Shown in pieces: positions 63,685-64,000 of a stretch of 64,000 nt of DNA. The stretch spans positions 216 through 64,215 of the forward strand of contig CAXTCI010000003.1 of the NCBI GenBank assembly GCA_964242325.1. The letters run 5' to 3'. The position numbers and the translations under genes were made by a program. Every line of letters starts with the position of its first letter. Positions within the stretch are counted from its first letter, which is position 1. Under the pieces are notes generated by a model. It ran no database searches, was not told the origin of the DNA, and saw only the letters and a list, made by a program, of their open reading frames with translations. The DNA is from an uncultured Acetobacteraceae bacterium. GTDB taxonomy: Bacteria; Pseudomonadota; Alphaproteobacteria; Acetobacterales; Acetobacteraceae.

Positions 63685-64000
63685 ATGGACCTTCTCAATG
63701 AAACCAAAACCGGACCCGCAATGCCGCACACGCTGACCCCGGACCTCGGCGCACGCTTTGCGGGCATCGCGCTCGGGCATGTGCGGCGCGAGTATCCGAA
63801 CAAGCCGGACCATACCCTGGCCGGGCCGCAGGATGCCCGCACGCCGTCCTCGCTGCACCCGGTCTTCTATGGCAGCTACGACTGGCATTCCTGCGTGCAC
63901 GGCTATTGGCTGCTGGCGCGTCTGCTGCGGCTGTTCCCGGAGATGGCACCGGCCCCGCGCATCCGCACGCTGTTCGACGAGCAACTGGTGCCGGAGAAGG
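63685..64000 (+). CDS. DUF2891-family protein, N-terminal part (runs off window)
   Basis: Not in the ORF track because no stop falls in the window. GGTGGAG lies before ATG 63685. My translation is MDLLNETKTGPAMPHTLTPDLGARFAGIALGHVRREYPNKPDH..LHPVFYGSYDWHSCVHGYWLLARL. Confidence 0.7.
   Translation, partial: MDLLNETKTGPAMPHTLTPDLGARFAGIALGHVRREYPNKPDHTLAGPQDARTPSSLHPVFYGSYDWHSCVHGYWLLARLLRLFPEMAPAPRIRTLFDEQLVPEK

Noticed and set aside
1-64000. Search for rRNA, tRNA, integrase/recombinase, toxin-antitoxin, restriction-modification or known defence-system genes
   Set aside because: None was recognised by eye on either strand. The only mobile-element trace is the degraded IS6-like scrap at about 50.25-50.32 kb. 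tRNAscan and Infernal would be needed to exclude small RNAs formally.

Overview
This is a high-GC bacterial chromosomal segment (G+C judged by eye, not computed). The gene content looks alphaproteobacterial, but I could not verify that. All family assignments come from motif recognition in the supplied translations; no database search was possible.

I support about 55 protein-coding genes, almost all catabolic or transport modules:
- Polyamine-type ABC transporter with an NtaA-like monooxygenase.
- AraC-linked amidase and formamidase with an AmiC/Urt-like ABC transporter.
- Orphan amylo-alpha-1,6-glucosidase-family gene.
- gntR-tcuABC (tricarballylate).
- Orphan family-5 substrate-binding protein.
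- M20 peptidase, D-aminoacylase, COG0523 and creatininase cluster.
- LysR-sorAB next to a YeiH-like exporter.
- LysR-fdsGBAD (NAD-dependent formate dehydrogenase).
- Sugar ABC transporter with a lactonase and an SDR.
- NHL, DmpA-like and DUF2891 genes.

I saw no rRNA, tRNA, CRISPR array, integrase or intact mobile element.

The stand-out is a self-contained operon at about 26.97-34.61 kb with no assigned function. Its five genes are a SWIM zinc finger, a HEAT-like helical protein, a MoxR-class AAA+ ATPase, a large DUF5682-like protein and a VWA protein. They are chained by ATGA start/stop overlaps, and an 18-codon mini-ORF bridges the last gap with ATGA overlaps at both ends. The large protein carries TraB/TIKI-like motifs. 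From memory the set resembles the uncharacterised E. coli yehLMPQ genes.

A second notable stretch (about 45.5-52.8 kb) shows gene decay:
- An in-frame-deleted modA remnant beside an intact modB, with no modC.
- A Ser/Thr kinase with its catalytic core deleted.
- An IS6-like transposase scrap.
- A TIM-barrel isomerase remnant.
- Interleaved with these, a tandem DUF4399 pair and an SH3b-FGE-domain protein.

Many long ORFs in the track are antisense or out-of-frame shadow ORFs typical of high-GC DNA, and I rejected them.
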